From contig NW_020846227.1 in assembly GCF_003704095.1 (NCBI RefSeq), forward strand, positions 434,001 to 498,000: a DNA stretch of 64,000 nucleotides, in the 5' to 3' direction. This document shows, one piece after another, positions 47,533 through 60,011 of this stretch. The translations under genes and the position numbers were made by a program. This DNA comes from Pocillopora damicornis. Its lineage: Eukaryota. The notes under the pieces are model-generated. The model was not told where the DNA came from and did not search any database. It saw only the letters and a list, made by a program, of their open reading frames with translations. Position 1 is the stretch's first letter, and every line of letters begins with the position of its first letter.

Positions 47533-50500
47533 CTGTTTGCATTGTACACCTGAGGAACCAGGCATAAGTCAGCCATTGATATCTGCCAAGTTGAAAATGA
47601 TAAGCAATTAATTACAGATATGCTTAACAGACTACTTATTATAAAGAGTGCACATTTGTAACAGTAATTATATTACCTATTAAAGAAACATATTTCTTAT
47701 TGATAGTTACCTCATCTCCAACACAATACTTCCCTGATGTCCTTTCCAAGATTTTCTCCAGATCTGTTAGTCAAGATGATTAATATTTAACCCTTTATAA
47801 TCTAACAGCATTCTGTATATTCTCAGTACTGTTCTCTATACAATTCCGAAGGTGCTGGCAAGGAGAATTTGGTTAACAATCAAGAGCTTCTTTAGTTGGT
47901 GATCATTTCCTTTATTCCGGTGACCATAAAATTTGATTCAGGGGTGACATTGTGAGAAATTAGATTCTAGTCACTCTTAGGAGCTAATTAAAAGGGTTTA
48001 TGATTAAACTGCACAATTGAATGAGACCCATATCTGATTTAATATTTTTTAAGTGTGGAGGAGTGGGGAGGGGAGAAGAGGGAAGGAGAGGGGGAGGGGT
48101 AGGGGAAGGTTGCAGTGCACATGAACCAGATAGCCTAGTGAGCTTTGTGCCCATCTACATGTATTGGCTGATTGTGGGTAATCTGCTGCAGAGAAGCTTC
48201 TCCTCTCAATCAGTACCAAGTTAAAGGATCATACCCATGACAAAAGCGCACTGAGGAAAATTTGGCTCTAATCTTGCTCACCTTTCACTCAACATCAAGA
48301 AATTTTAAAAAAAGTAAGAATCTCCTGTTCACAGCTCACACAACTATTATCACTTTGAATTGAAAAGTGTAAAAAAGTGCTGCAGGAAAACAGAAGGCAA
48401 TTAATTTAACTTGCTGCATACCGTAGCCTCTATTATAGGGGGAAGTCACTCAATGAATGTGCTAACTCACTATGAAATCCTTTGTTTATCCAATGATGTC
48501 CCCACTCTGCTTTTCTCTCGTCGCCAAGATACTTCAGGACAGAAAGATTCTGGATTGGTTGTATTCCACTGGCTATAGTTTGGCTCACTTGCCTCACCTG
48601 AAAGATTTTCCACGAATTAAATTTGATAATTTCAATCTAACTAGAGTGCTTTTAAATTGAGTACCATTAATAAAACTAAAACCAAAGTCATCACCACCCG
48701 ATGAATGCCCAATCAGAAGAGAGAAGAATACTTTTCAGAGCCAAGAAGACGTCAACACTAAACCAACCAAACTGCCTGAAATGCAAGAAAATGCTGGCAA
48801 CCAAGTTTTGATTGATTTTAGTTTTGAACATCATCGTTTGAGAAGGTGGTGAAAGTTTCCTAGACTGATCACAGAGCAAAGTAAAGCAGAAAACATTTAG
48901 CATCCAAGATTACTTTCGAAAATTGCTCCAAATTAGATCATGTATATATGACTACTTGTAATTCAGCTTCAAATCTGAGGACATTGATGGTAGAATTTTC
49001 TATATTCCAAAAACAGAGAATAACTTCATACCAGTGCTTTCTTGAATGGGTCACCTCTGGGTAGCAGGGGGGGATCAGGTCTTGTTTCATCCAGATACTC
49101 TATTATGCTCAGCTGCAAAATTGAACATGATCCATTAGACCCTAAGCTTAATGTTCGTTTAATCACTTCTGTATTTTTTTTTCCTCTGCATCTCGCAATT
49201 ATCAGGATCTCCAATGCATGGGTTGTTTGACAAAGTGTACCTGCCAAACTAATTGAAGGAAGAGAAGGTAACTATGGATGGAATAACTCATCCAGTGCAC
49301 TCCTAATCATGACTAGGAGTATTTCTACTCCCCCCTGGATGAGATCCTAGTCCATGGAAAATTGCCCCTCCCCCTTTCATCAGAATTTCATGAGGCTTCC
49401 TTCACAGACTACCACTACCCAAATGCAAAGATTCCACACTTACTGAGTCAGCAAGGGTGTGTCCATCTATAACCAGAGCAGGAACATAGCCCATGGGATT
49501 TAACTTTTTAAACTCATCTGAAAACTTTATAAGAACAATCATAATTTTTGCACATATAAATAACAAAGTTAACCATATTTTATCTCATGTAAGGTTATTC
49601 TATTGTAATGGACACTGGTAACTCCTCTTTTTAATATGTCTAAATTTGCTGAATCAGTTGCAAACTTAAAGGTCCTATCAACATGACAGCCTTTTCTCTG
49701 TGTCTGAAGCCCGCCACACAGATGCATAAATAATCATATATACAAAATTTTTAATTAACGTTTTAACTCCCAAGATATCTTTAGTAATTCCCCTTACTTT
49801 CTGCCATACAATTCATATAACATTAGTTTGGAGAATTTGGAATTGGATCGACCAATAATCCCCTAGTTGATATTTTTCTTTATTCTCACTACTTGTCTGC
49901 TTAATATTGTACTGATAGAGTGGGGAGAAGTACTGTGCTTTGATATCTTAACAAAAAATATCATATCATATCATGTTGTGTGTCCACCTCATTTGTGTGA
50001 ACACTCAAAATTAAAGAGCCAATCAAAGACATTTGTAAAAACTTACTTGCTGGCCTCCATCTTTCAGCAGGTGAACAGCATGTGTGTCATAATCAATTTC
50101 TTTTATGGCAAGAGCTAAAGAAACACAATAGTAGCATTACTGAGTTTCACAAGAAGCCTTGTATTATTTGCATAATCATAAAAGTAGGCAGTTGGCATCT
50201 ATTTTGCAAACGTTTTAAGTTGAAAGACTTGGGAAATAATGCTTGGCCTATGTTTCATTTTAGGTCACTCTGTCATTTATTATTTCTTTTTGTTAAAACA
50301 TTGAGGAAACTGAATTTTTTATATTTTGCTCTTTCATGAAAAAAAATTTAAAAAATACTGGAATATTTAAATACAACCTTCTTGAACTTGTGCCTGTGCC
50401 AATCTGGGTAGATCAATTATGCAATAACTTTTTAAGAGCATCCCAAAATTTTAGTAGCTTTCTTGTTCAGCCACAATGTTCTGGATGTAACATTCTTATT

Positions 50501-51483
50501 TGAAAAATTGGATGTTCAACACTCAGTCAAACTATTAATTATGCTCCAACTTCTTTCATGCCCCAAATATTATTGACCTTGACCAAACCCAGTTATCATC
50601 TGATGTAGCTGACGATATCAAATAAGGCAATCTGAAAAACACTGTCATGACATACCAGTCCTAACTCTCCACGAGCAAGAACTTCGGAAATAAGAATACA
50701 ACACTGGCTGTAAAGAGAAATCACAGGAAAGCATAATTATTGAAAACCATGCAAACTTTTTTTTCTTCAAGTTAAGAGTCAGTCTTTGGCACAACAGAAA
50801 TCAAACAAACAAAGGCAGCAAAGTTTATAGTTTAAACAACACAAAATAAAATGAAAAACCAAAAGACACACAAAAAAAAGTCAATTAATTTTTCATGGTA
50901 AGCCATCCCTGTTAACACCTTTACCCAGTCCCTGAGATTTGATCAAAGCTGATTGATATTATTTCCCAGGCTTAATTTAAAATTCAGTTTTACTTTAAAG
51001 CTGCTTTCAGTAAACATACATGTGCATTGTGAAGAATAGGTCTATTACATTTGTCTGTCTAGGAATCATTTAATGAGGGGTGTCGGGGAGTAAAGGGAAA
51101 TTTTGTTCATTAAGTGTTCACATGAACAGAACTGAGAAAATCGAGGCAAACTAGAGCAAATTTAGCTTGAAACTGAACAGATCAGCAATAGTTCTTTGAA
51201 ATAAGGTTGAAAGGCAAACGTATACACCTAATAACTGAATATGTCTTCGCCAAAATCTGTCGTGATTCAAGATTTAGAGCTCCCTCCTGGAGGTTGCGCG
51301 CGCTGCGAGCTCCGCCGTTAAATGTTATAGGCGAGTTTTTGATTGAAAAAGAAAAAGATGGCATCGATACTAGTCGAACTTAGCCATAACTTAATTTTCA
51401 TATTTTGTCTATAGAATCAAAGAAGGTGTTTTCGTCGCAAGAAGGATAGAAGATTGCAATCAAAGCGCACTTACTTTTGCCAT
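47533..51483 (-). CDS. GSTZ1: Glutathione S-transferase zeta / maleylacetoacetate isomerase. Exons 51483-51475, 50707-50656, 50114-50047, 49524-49444, 49112-49032, 48597-48471, 47763-47711, 47582-47533; last exon probably in the gap at 46538-46637
   Basis: Spliced translation MAK|PVLYSYFRSSCSWRVRT|ALAIKEIDYDTHAVHLLKDGGQQ|FSDEFKKLNPMGYVPALVIDGHTLADS|LSIIEYLDETRP...|VRQVSQTIASGIQPIQNLSVLK...|NLEKILERTSGKYCVGDE|ISMADLCLVPQVYNANR. It contains the zeta-class SSC signature, and all junctions are GT-AG and in phase. Confidence 0.95.
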
Positions 51484-51589
51484 GTCGACCATCGTCAAAT
51501 ATTGCTCCAGGCATTCCAGACGTTAGAAACCAGTCCTTTTACGTTGGAAGCATCTTATTGTCACATATTATTTATTCAAATGCTGAGAG
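51484..51589. promoter_or_regulatory. Putative bidirectional promoter or overlapping 5' UTR region between GSTZ1 and the SLC25 carrier
   Basis: Divergent start codons at 51483 (-) and 51590 (+) are separated by 106 bp. Confidence 0.55.
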
Positions 51590-54500
51590 ATGGAGGTCGG
51601 ACGTGAATTCATTGCCGGTTGGTGCGCAGGTAAATCAAGGGAAAATTATTTATTTTACTCAAACCCACTTTGTATGGAGTAAAGAATCGAACAGACCCCG
51701 GGAAGTAATTACTTTGTATTATTGATATAAATCAGCGAGGCTTGATGTAAATTCGTCCACGAAACCTCTCCGTCGACAGTTGCTTTGATATAAAGGAACT
51801 GTAAGGAAACCACTACGACGATGACGACCTTGAGAACGTAGCGAAACAAAAGATTTAATGAGAACGTAGCGAAGCTAATGATAAAATCTCCGCACAGCCC
51901 CATATTACATTATGCATTCAGTTCTTGGATAGAGAAAACAATGACAAATACAATACATTGCCATTGGGAAAACAGATCTGTTTTACAATAGTATAGGGCT
52001 GTGCGGAAATTTGACCAAACTAATGATCAAATAAGAAAAAAATATTATATTGTTCCAGAATAATTGGGGTCGAGGTAGGGGTTAGCAGCCAAAGCCGATC
52101 GAAGGCCGAAGTTAAAAACCATGCGTTACCGAGACGTTAAAGGACAAAAGCAAGAATGGACCATTGGACCCCTGGACTCCTGGACTATCGGACTATTTTT
52201 TTGGGACCAATTTTTGGAACATCCTCTGGACCCTCTTTTTTTGTACCATTTTATTGGGGGTAGGCAGACCGTCAGTACTTAGGGAGGGGTGGGATGAGTC
52301 TATCAGTAATCAGGGAGGGTGGGAGGCAGACTCTTGTTACAGGGAGGGGAAGAAGACGAACCGCTAATACGCAGGGAGGGGTGGGGAGAAGTTGTATCAA
52401 CAAATGCTAATGATGAATGTTCTTTTTTTTTTTTTTTTACTGGATCATACAAATTATTTTGAGTGGTTTTCCGACTGGCTATTTCTTATTTTAAAATTTT
52501 TGCGCTTAGTGGTGGCGTTTCTTTATTTTTTTTGTCATGCGAATGCAAAGCTGGCATCTGAACACTGGACTATAATTGTTATTGAAAATATCGCCAATTC
52601 CCGTTTTCTATCATCCACTCTTGAGTCACGCATGTGCCTTTTAAGTTGACTCGTTCCAGTGCTAAATAATACTCACTGGTTATCACGAATCATCCACCAG
52701 TTGCTTAACGTTTCCCTTTCAGTATATCATTACTAAATTTTTTCCATCTACCTTTTGTCATTGATCTTAATTGAAAAATGAGATCGCGAAATTTCCGGTC
52801 CTTAGCCTTTAATTTAGCGGCATGGTATTCACCAGCACTATTGCAATTTCAACGTTTACACCTCTACTATGAAAACATTGTTGGTACAATCGTTGAAAGC
52901 AATCTTCCCTCCCTGAGCAACAACAGTCTGCCTCCTACCTTTTCCTGAGTAGTCATAGATAGTATCCCACCCCCGCCTGAATACTAGAGGTCTATCTCCA
53001 CCCACCCCCTCCCGATAAAGTGGTCCCAAAAAATGGTCTTAAAAAGTCTATATGTTATCCTATGCCTTACTGAGGCCTTGATTATTCTAAACATCAACAA
53101 AAACCGAATCTAAAAACTGAATCTTGTCCCATTTTTACTTTGAACTTGACACCACATTCACATGTTATGCCGAAGTGAAGATGTCGCACCGTCAGAAACG
53201 GATCGAACTATTGGTGAAAATCTTAGAGGAAAATAAATTACGTTTTTTCAGTAACATATTACCACACGTCGCTGTCGCCGTAGTGACATCTTAAACTCCC
53301 TAATATTCACACGAGGCGAGATTTTTTATGCGTGTTGTACGTTTTCTGGTCGAGATTTGCATTTTAAGTCTGGTATAATCGACTTGGACTCCATCCAACC
53401 TGTCACCATTCTTTACGCGCTGAAAGTACGGGTGATAGTTGGTTGCGTTTAGCATGTGCCTAGCACGCGGCAAAAATAATGAAATGTTATGGCTTTTGAC
53501 GTATTCAAGAACTCTGATCACGCGACGGCTGTTAGTTAAGCAGAGAATTGAGAAATTGTGACTAAAAGAGTGACTCGTTTATCGCAGAAGCTTCAAATAT
53601 GAAAGCGCACGCCAGCGATGTTTATCATACCACGTATAGCATCGTCCTATTGTACATATCGAATACGACGGGTTTACCACATTACCCTTCTTTTTTCCTA
53701 TATTTCTTTCCTAAACTGCAGGATGCGCTGGAGTGATTGTCACACAACCGTTGGATACTGTGAAGGTGAGCGAAACGCGTGTTCAACCTTGGGCCTATCC
53801 AGGCTAATAAGTATTAACATTGTGGCCTTTTTGAACTTTAATTAGCCTTCGCGATTCCGATAGAGTAACTAATGCCTGATTCACACGTGCGATGCAAATG
53901 TAACACAAATGTAAATGCATGGAAATGTTTGTGTGAACTACCTAAATGCAATTGGAATGCAAGCGCGAACGTAAGCGTCAACGTAAGAAATGGAAAAAAA
54001 TATATTTTCTTGCACTTTTAGTTGCGTTTGCGTTCGCTTCCCACACGTGTGAACTGGGGTAACGCAAACGCAAATGTAAATGTAAGGCGAGAAACACAGT
54101 TTCCATGGGTTCCATACCCCACGGCACAGTTCAATATGGCGTTATGCTAAGAGCTGGGGAGGGTGGTGGAAATCTCCTGCATTGTCAGCGATTCGGTTTT
54201 CCTCTAACAGATCTTAAATAAGAAATCAAAATGCTTGTAAAATTGAACTTATCTTATAAAACCTTATTGACAATGACTCTCGACCAATGAGCGCGCGAGA
54301 TCACTAGAATTTCTACAGCTATTTCAAAAATATATAATGGACCTCATATTATTCATAGGTGAGAATGCAAGTTCTCTCTTCAGGAAGAAAACCAGCTGTC
54401 ACCACATCGTTATCCTGTTTTTACAATATCATCAAACATGAAACGGTGAGAGCTTCATTGAATATTCTCTTCAAGTCTTATTCAAGCATCTAAGAGCGCG

Positions 54501-56319
54501 ATGAGAGCGGAGGAGTGAAATTAAAAAACAGAAAGGTTTGGGTTGAATCGTGTTAAATTCTCAACGTCACCCGGCCTGGGCTTTCCTCGTTTTTGCTCTA
54601 CCGCTGCTTTTGCGCCGTTCAGTATTTCGCTCTGTTTTATGCCATAAGTCAGTGAGTGACGTGTCCGTAGATGATTGGTGATATCTAACACACGTTAAAA
54701 AAATTATCATAATTTTTTACACATGTGCAGTTGGCACCTTTTCATAGGGCGGGAAATCCTTAAATAACACCGCAGGTCATATGCTTAAGTGTATTAATAG
54801 ACGTCCTCATAGGCATTGTCCTGGTGATTGCCGTATATCTCTTGTTTTCCTTAGGGGTTACGTTTTTCCTCTTTCCTTTCTACTTTCCTACTCGATCTTA
54901 TCTTGATCCATGTTAGGTATTCGGTTTGTTCAAAGGCATGGCACCTCCTCTTGCTGCTGTGGCCCTGCAGAACGCCATTTTATTTGGAGTATATGGTAAT
55001 GTACTGAAAATGTTCTCATCCGAGAAGGGGGACAAGCCAGCGCTGTCTCACGTCTGTGTGGCCGCGGCTGCCTCGGGAGCCGCTCAGCTCTGGGTGGTGA
55101 GTCCTATGGAACTTATCAAGATCAAACTACAGATGCAAACCGAAGGTACAAGCTAGTTGAGTTATTTTCAAATCGTTGTCGAAATTAATTTTTAAATAGT
55201 TTTGCTTAAGCTCGCTTTTTGATTGGTCAAGAAATTTACGTCATTTATCTCATACAATCAAATGCTTAACGTTAGCCAATCGCGACCTGATCTCCTGCGT
55301 TTTCCAGCGCTTTAGACACTTGGCGCGTTTTTACTTTCAATCTTTATTTGCAACTTGAGAACTGCTAAGAATGGTAAGGCGGAAACTTGTGGAATTGTAC
55401 TCATGTCTTTGATGAAAAGTCATGTCGGGGATGGGAAAAGTGTTCAGAGGAACTTGCTCGACATGATGAAGTTCGACTTAACCCTTTATCACCCAAGATC
55501 CAATTAGCTTTCCTTCCGACTGACTGCTATACAGCTCCTTGCAGTTAGACAAGAGAATTTGGTTTTACGCTAAGATTACATCCGTTAGCTGAATATCATA
55601 TCTGCTCTTATTAACTGTTGACGAATAGCATTCAGAGTCACCATCAGAACTTACATGTTAATCACTTCTGGGAATAAAAGGTTTAGATCGAGCAGAGATT
55701 TCATTTCAGCAATTCAGGCAGTATGCCAATATTGATATATATAACGAGCTAAGTCATGTTTTTGCTTTTGTTTCAAAATTATGACAAGCGTTTTGCTATA
55801 GTTTCGTTAGGAAAGCATGGGAAATCTTCGCACTATCGCGGAGCTCTAGATTGCATCCGCAAGATTTACAAGACGGCCGGTAGCAGGGGATTTTTCCAAG
55901 GAGCTACACCTCTTGTTTTCCGGGATATCCCGGGCTTTGCCGTTTACTTTGCATCATACGAGATCCTTCTGGATGCGCTCTCACAAAAAAAGTCACGCAC
56001 TGACATGCAACCGCTGGTTACAGTGTTCGCTGGAGGCCTTGCTGGAATGATAAGCTGGTTCTCCACTTTTCCGTTTGACGGCATTAAGTCTCGTATGCAG
56101 GCAGATGGGAATAAAGGACTTTTTATCTACAAAGGAACTGCGGATTGTTTTCTTCAAACGTACAGGGCAGGAGGCTTGAAAAGTTTTTACGCGGGCCTAG
56201 GACCATGCTTACTACGAGCGTTTCCACACAACGCAGTTCTTTTCCTTGTGTACAACTTGGTCTCGAACTGGTTAGGAGAATCGCATCTCAATAATGGCCA
56301 CAATTTAAATGTGGATTAA
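51590..56319 (+). CDS. Mitochondrial carrier, SLC25A45/A48/A29 subgroup, ~302 aa. Exons 51590-51629, 53722-53765, 54359-54445, 54917-55145, 55811-56319
   Basis: MEVGREFIAGWCAG|CAGVIVTQPLDTVK|VRMQ...|VFGLFKGMAPPL...SPMELIKIKLQ...|YRGALDC...RDIPGFAVYF...FPFDGIKSRMQ...LLRAFPHNA. It has three Px[DE]xxKx[RK] carrier signatures, and the phases are consistent. Confidence 0.93.
52160..53045. mobile_element. Foldback/MITE-like element with long degenerate G-rich terminal inverted repeats, in carrier intron 1
   Basis: The left arm (ttttttgggacc...ggggtgggat...agggtgggaggcagact..ttgtt..cagggaggg) matches the reverse complement of the right arm at 52904-53045. Confidence 0.6.
53872..54060. mobile_element. 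Short MITE with ttcacacg...cgtgtgaa inverted termini (PIF/Harbinger-like)
   Basis: gcctgattcacacgtg ... cacgtgtgaactggg, with internal gcaaat/gcaaac hexamer repeats. Confidence 0.45.
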
Positions 56320-58280
56320 TTAGAGCCAAAAGAGAACAGTTAGTTGGTTAAGCGTTTTACCTTCATTTACCAACATTTATGTACGAAGTGTAATAGAAAC
56401 GGAGAAAGTAGATTGATTCCTCTTTTAAATTAAATGAACTAGAAATTTAACAAATTATTAAACTTGCGGAATTTATTTGCAATAACTTTTTCCCAAGAGT
56501 TTCCTCATTCAATGATGTCTATTGAACTTATACTGAATTCAATATGCGGCACATTTCGATACGTTATTCAGCGATGAAGAAAACTTTTAAAAAATTCGTG
56601 TTAAACCATACTTGTTTGGGAAACTTCACGTTGCCATGTTTTCAACCAATTAGATGCAAAACTTAAACCAGACGACACTCTACACATTTTCCTTTGTTTT
56701 GAGAAAACAAAAAAGTCTTAATATGAATTAGTTTCTCAGCTGTGTCATACAAAATCAGTGTTACAGCTAAGCTACCCAAGTACGAGAGTACGTAGCCTGT
56801 TGCTGGCGTTCAGGTAATAACGGGAAGCTCATACTTTACTTAATTTTTTTTTTTGTTGCTGTTTTTTTTTTTATGACCATTTTGTCTGGGAGGTGCGTGA
56901 TGGAGGAGTGTTGTTTCAAAGGTAATTTTTGATTTGAATTAATTTTTCAGCTATGTTAACAAAATCTAAGTTATAGCTATGCTTTTCAAGTACGAGAGAA
57001 ATCCGTTCATCAGATAGTTTATAGGCAAGGAAGTTTTACAAACTCTGTCGTCTCCCTGTTCCAGGCATTCAGTTAATGAAACGGAGCTAACATTGTAAAC
57101 GGCACCAGAGCAGCGGCGGTGCAAAAAAAAAAAAGAAAAAAAACCGTGGGAAATTGGGTCGAGTCGCGTAGAAGAATAAGATCGGGTCGTGTCCTTTACG
57201 CGACTCTACCCAAACAGGCCATCCTTAATCAAGGCAATTAAATCAAAACCAAGTCATTTACTTACTCAGTCACGTACCTTATCGAAACGTAATAAAGACA
57301 CACCTAGTAACAAACTCTAGTTTCCTGATTAATGCCCGTCTTAGCACATGCGCTGCATTCGGACAAGAGGAAATAATACCGTATTGTACCGTATTTTCTT
57401 TTCTTCTTTACGACGATTTGATTTGGGAGGTGCGTGAGGGAAGATGGTTGTTTAAAAGGTTGGCTTTAAAAGATATAGGTATGCTTTTGACTCGGTTTCA
57501 ACGGGTTGTCTGTCTTTTAAAATCAGTCAATATTAGCGTGTCTGAAAAGTTCTGCGTTGCATATCTAAATGCTGAACAGTTGGGTCTTCGATAGAAATAA
57601 GCAGATTGGGCCCTCTTTTCCGGGTTTGGCCAGCCCATTAAATAAAGAAGTCAGTTTGTCACAACAGCTTTGTAAGATTCATGCCTTTCGTAGTGATAGA
57701 TCAGTTCCCGCTTTGTGCAGTTTCGCACCATTAATTACTAATTAATTAGTATGTTTAAATTGGTTTCTAGTCGTTTGCCACTAACTGAATGCAGCCGCGA
57801 AAATAAAGACAATTTTTTGTTGTTCCAGTTAGATTGAGTCGGTAAATTGAACTATTAGTAAGAGTCGATAAATTCGAGTCAAAACTTTTGAGTTGCGTTT
57901 AATAAAGGTAGAAAATACGATCGTATTTGCATGAACTTCTAAAATCTAAAGGTCATGAACTTTTAAACTTCTAAAAATCCAAAGAAGACTCCGACATGTT
58001 TTTCAAAAGGCGTTAAAACTGTTGGAGGTGACAGTTTGACAATTCTGAATTGAGTTAATTTCATGTCTCCCAAGCTGCAGAAACATGTTTGTATTGTCTA
58101 CGTATTTCAGCCAAAGAGGAAGAAAACGGTACACCAACTGTTTGGTATCATAGGCCGACAGAAATTGTCTATATCACTTACAGTAAAACATATTTTTATC
58201 TGGGACGCTAAATCAGAAGTTGACATAAAGGAGAAACAAAAATTGGAATAAAATTGAAAATGAACCTAGAAAGTTTATCA

Positions 58281-58490
58281 AGATAATTTGGTTTCATCAA
58301 CTGAGCGTTAGCCCTTCGTCAGAATGTTTCGTCGCCTTTCGCTCCGACGAAGGGCTAACGCTCGAAACGTCAGCTTTGAAACTCTTTACGGTGGCCAATT
58401 TACTTTATCAACTCAGTTGATAAAACCAAAATTATCTCGTTATACTCCCCCTAACGCAGCACCGTAGTTTCTTTAGGGACCTATTCCCTT
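58281..58490. mobile_element. Penelope-like terminal inverted repeat containing a minimal type I hammerhead motif (58341-58374)
   Basis: gct-CCGACGA-a-GGGC-taac-GCTC-GAAA-cg-TC-agc on the + strand. An inverted partial copy (CTGACGA-a-GGGC-taac-GCTC on the - strand) lies at 58303-58322. 58281-58305 is complementary to 58412-58437. Confidence 0.7.
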
Positions 58491-60011
58491 TATTTATAAG
58501 TTAGTTTACCAGTCGCATTGAGTCTGGACATCAGACTTAATTTATCACTTGGAAATATTCATGATTTGCGGAGGCAAAAATAATCTGCCATAAGTTATTA
58601 AATGAAAGCCCGGAAACAAGTTTTGTCTCGCAGGAGAGTAAATCAGTGTTTGTGAAGCCCACTTCCTTGGAGTTGATTCAGTTAGGGCATAATAAGCTAA
58701 GATTTTCTCTTTATAAGCTTATACAAGTATCTAATGAAAAGTACGGATTAGCAATAAGATTTTAGGATTGGGTTATTAATTGGCTTACGAAAGATAACAG
58801 ATTTCGCCAACGTCACGGTTTGAAGTAGGGCTTCCGAAAGGCCATTTACGTGGAATCTGGGTGAAATGAATGTCAGTATCTTTGAAGGTTCCACTGAAAG
58901 TGATAAAAAACATCAGAGAGTTAAGTTTGTTTTTTACCATCAAGAAAAGGTAGTTTGGGACAGTCGAAATAGTTAAGCCGGTTGTTTACAACCTTTTTGC
59001 CCTCGAGGGAATATTTTATTGGGTCAAGGTCGTTAGACCGGTTGAATGGAAATCACTTACTTTCAATGCCATTTAGCAGGTTTCTTTGATAAAAAAAAAT
59101 CAGGATTGCTAGCCAACCGATTGATTTTTCTTTAAGAATTTTTATCTTATCAAGCTTCTCGCTTGAGACTCGCCAAGCTCAATGTGATTTCTTTATTTTC
59201 CAGTTCGTTCGAAACCAAGAACGCAACTACTGGTGCGTGTATTAAATGTACATCGATTTGCTGCAAAGCTTATTCCCTGCATGCATGTTGGAAATGTCTA
59301 CTTTTTTACCGCATAGGGAAGAGGTAAGTTGCCGCGCATAGTGCCCTTCTCGATTGAAATGTCATTATGTGTAGAGGGCGAAATCAAGATTCAGTTAAGT
59401 CCTGTTAAAATGTATTTGAGCGCATATAATTTTTTCCACAAGAAAAATGTCTGGGATGTTTTGCCTGTAGCACAATAGAAATCTTGTTTTTCATTTTCGC
59501 ACGCGTGGCACGTGGTCTTATTGTGTGGTTTTCTTAGCTCCGACGGCATGTCGGCAAGCAATCAATCAAGGCTATTCGTTTCTCAGGTAACTTCTGTTTT
59601 GCATAAATGTTCCCCCTCTTAGTAAAAAGCTTCAATGGACAATTTGACCATTCCTCTCTGCACTCTCACAGTCGAATATTTGAATATAATACGCTTTTTA
59701 TCTCATTTAAAAGATAAGTATTGAAGTTGTTTTAAATTCAAACAAAAACCCTGTTTCGACTTGTTTTCAAGCTGACTATCTCCTCGAGGAAAAAGGTTAA
59801 AACAACACCGGAAACCAAGAATTATCTTTATCTTCAACTAGCCAATCAAAACCTCAATGTCAATAATGACATCACTTCCGCTAGCTCCCGACTTACCACG
59901 AACGCAACCTTTGAATTCTGATGTAGTTTCCTTATATTTAAACCGTTTTCGCTGAATAAGGAATCAACAATATATTTTCACGACACGCATGTAACCGGCT
60001 GCGCGTTCGAA

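Noticed and set aside
48056-48110. Purine-rich G-run tract (possible G-quadruplex) in a GSTZ1 intron
   Set aside because: A simple low-complexity tract with no evidence of function.
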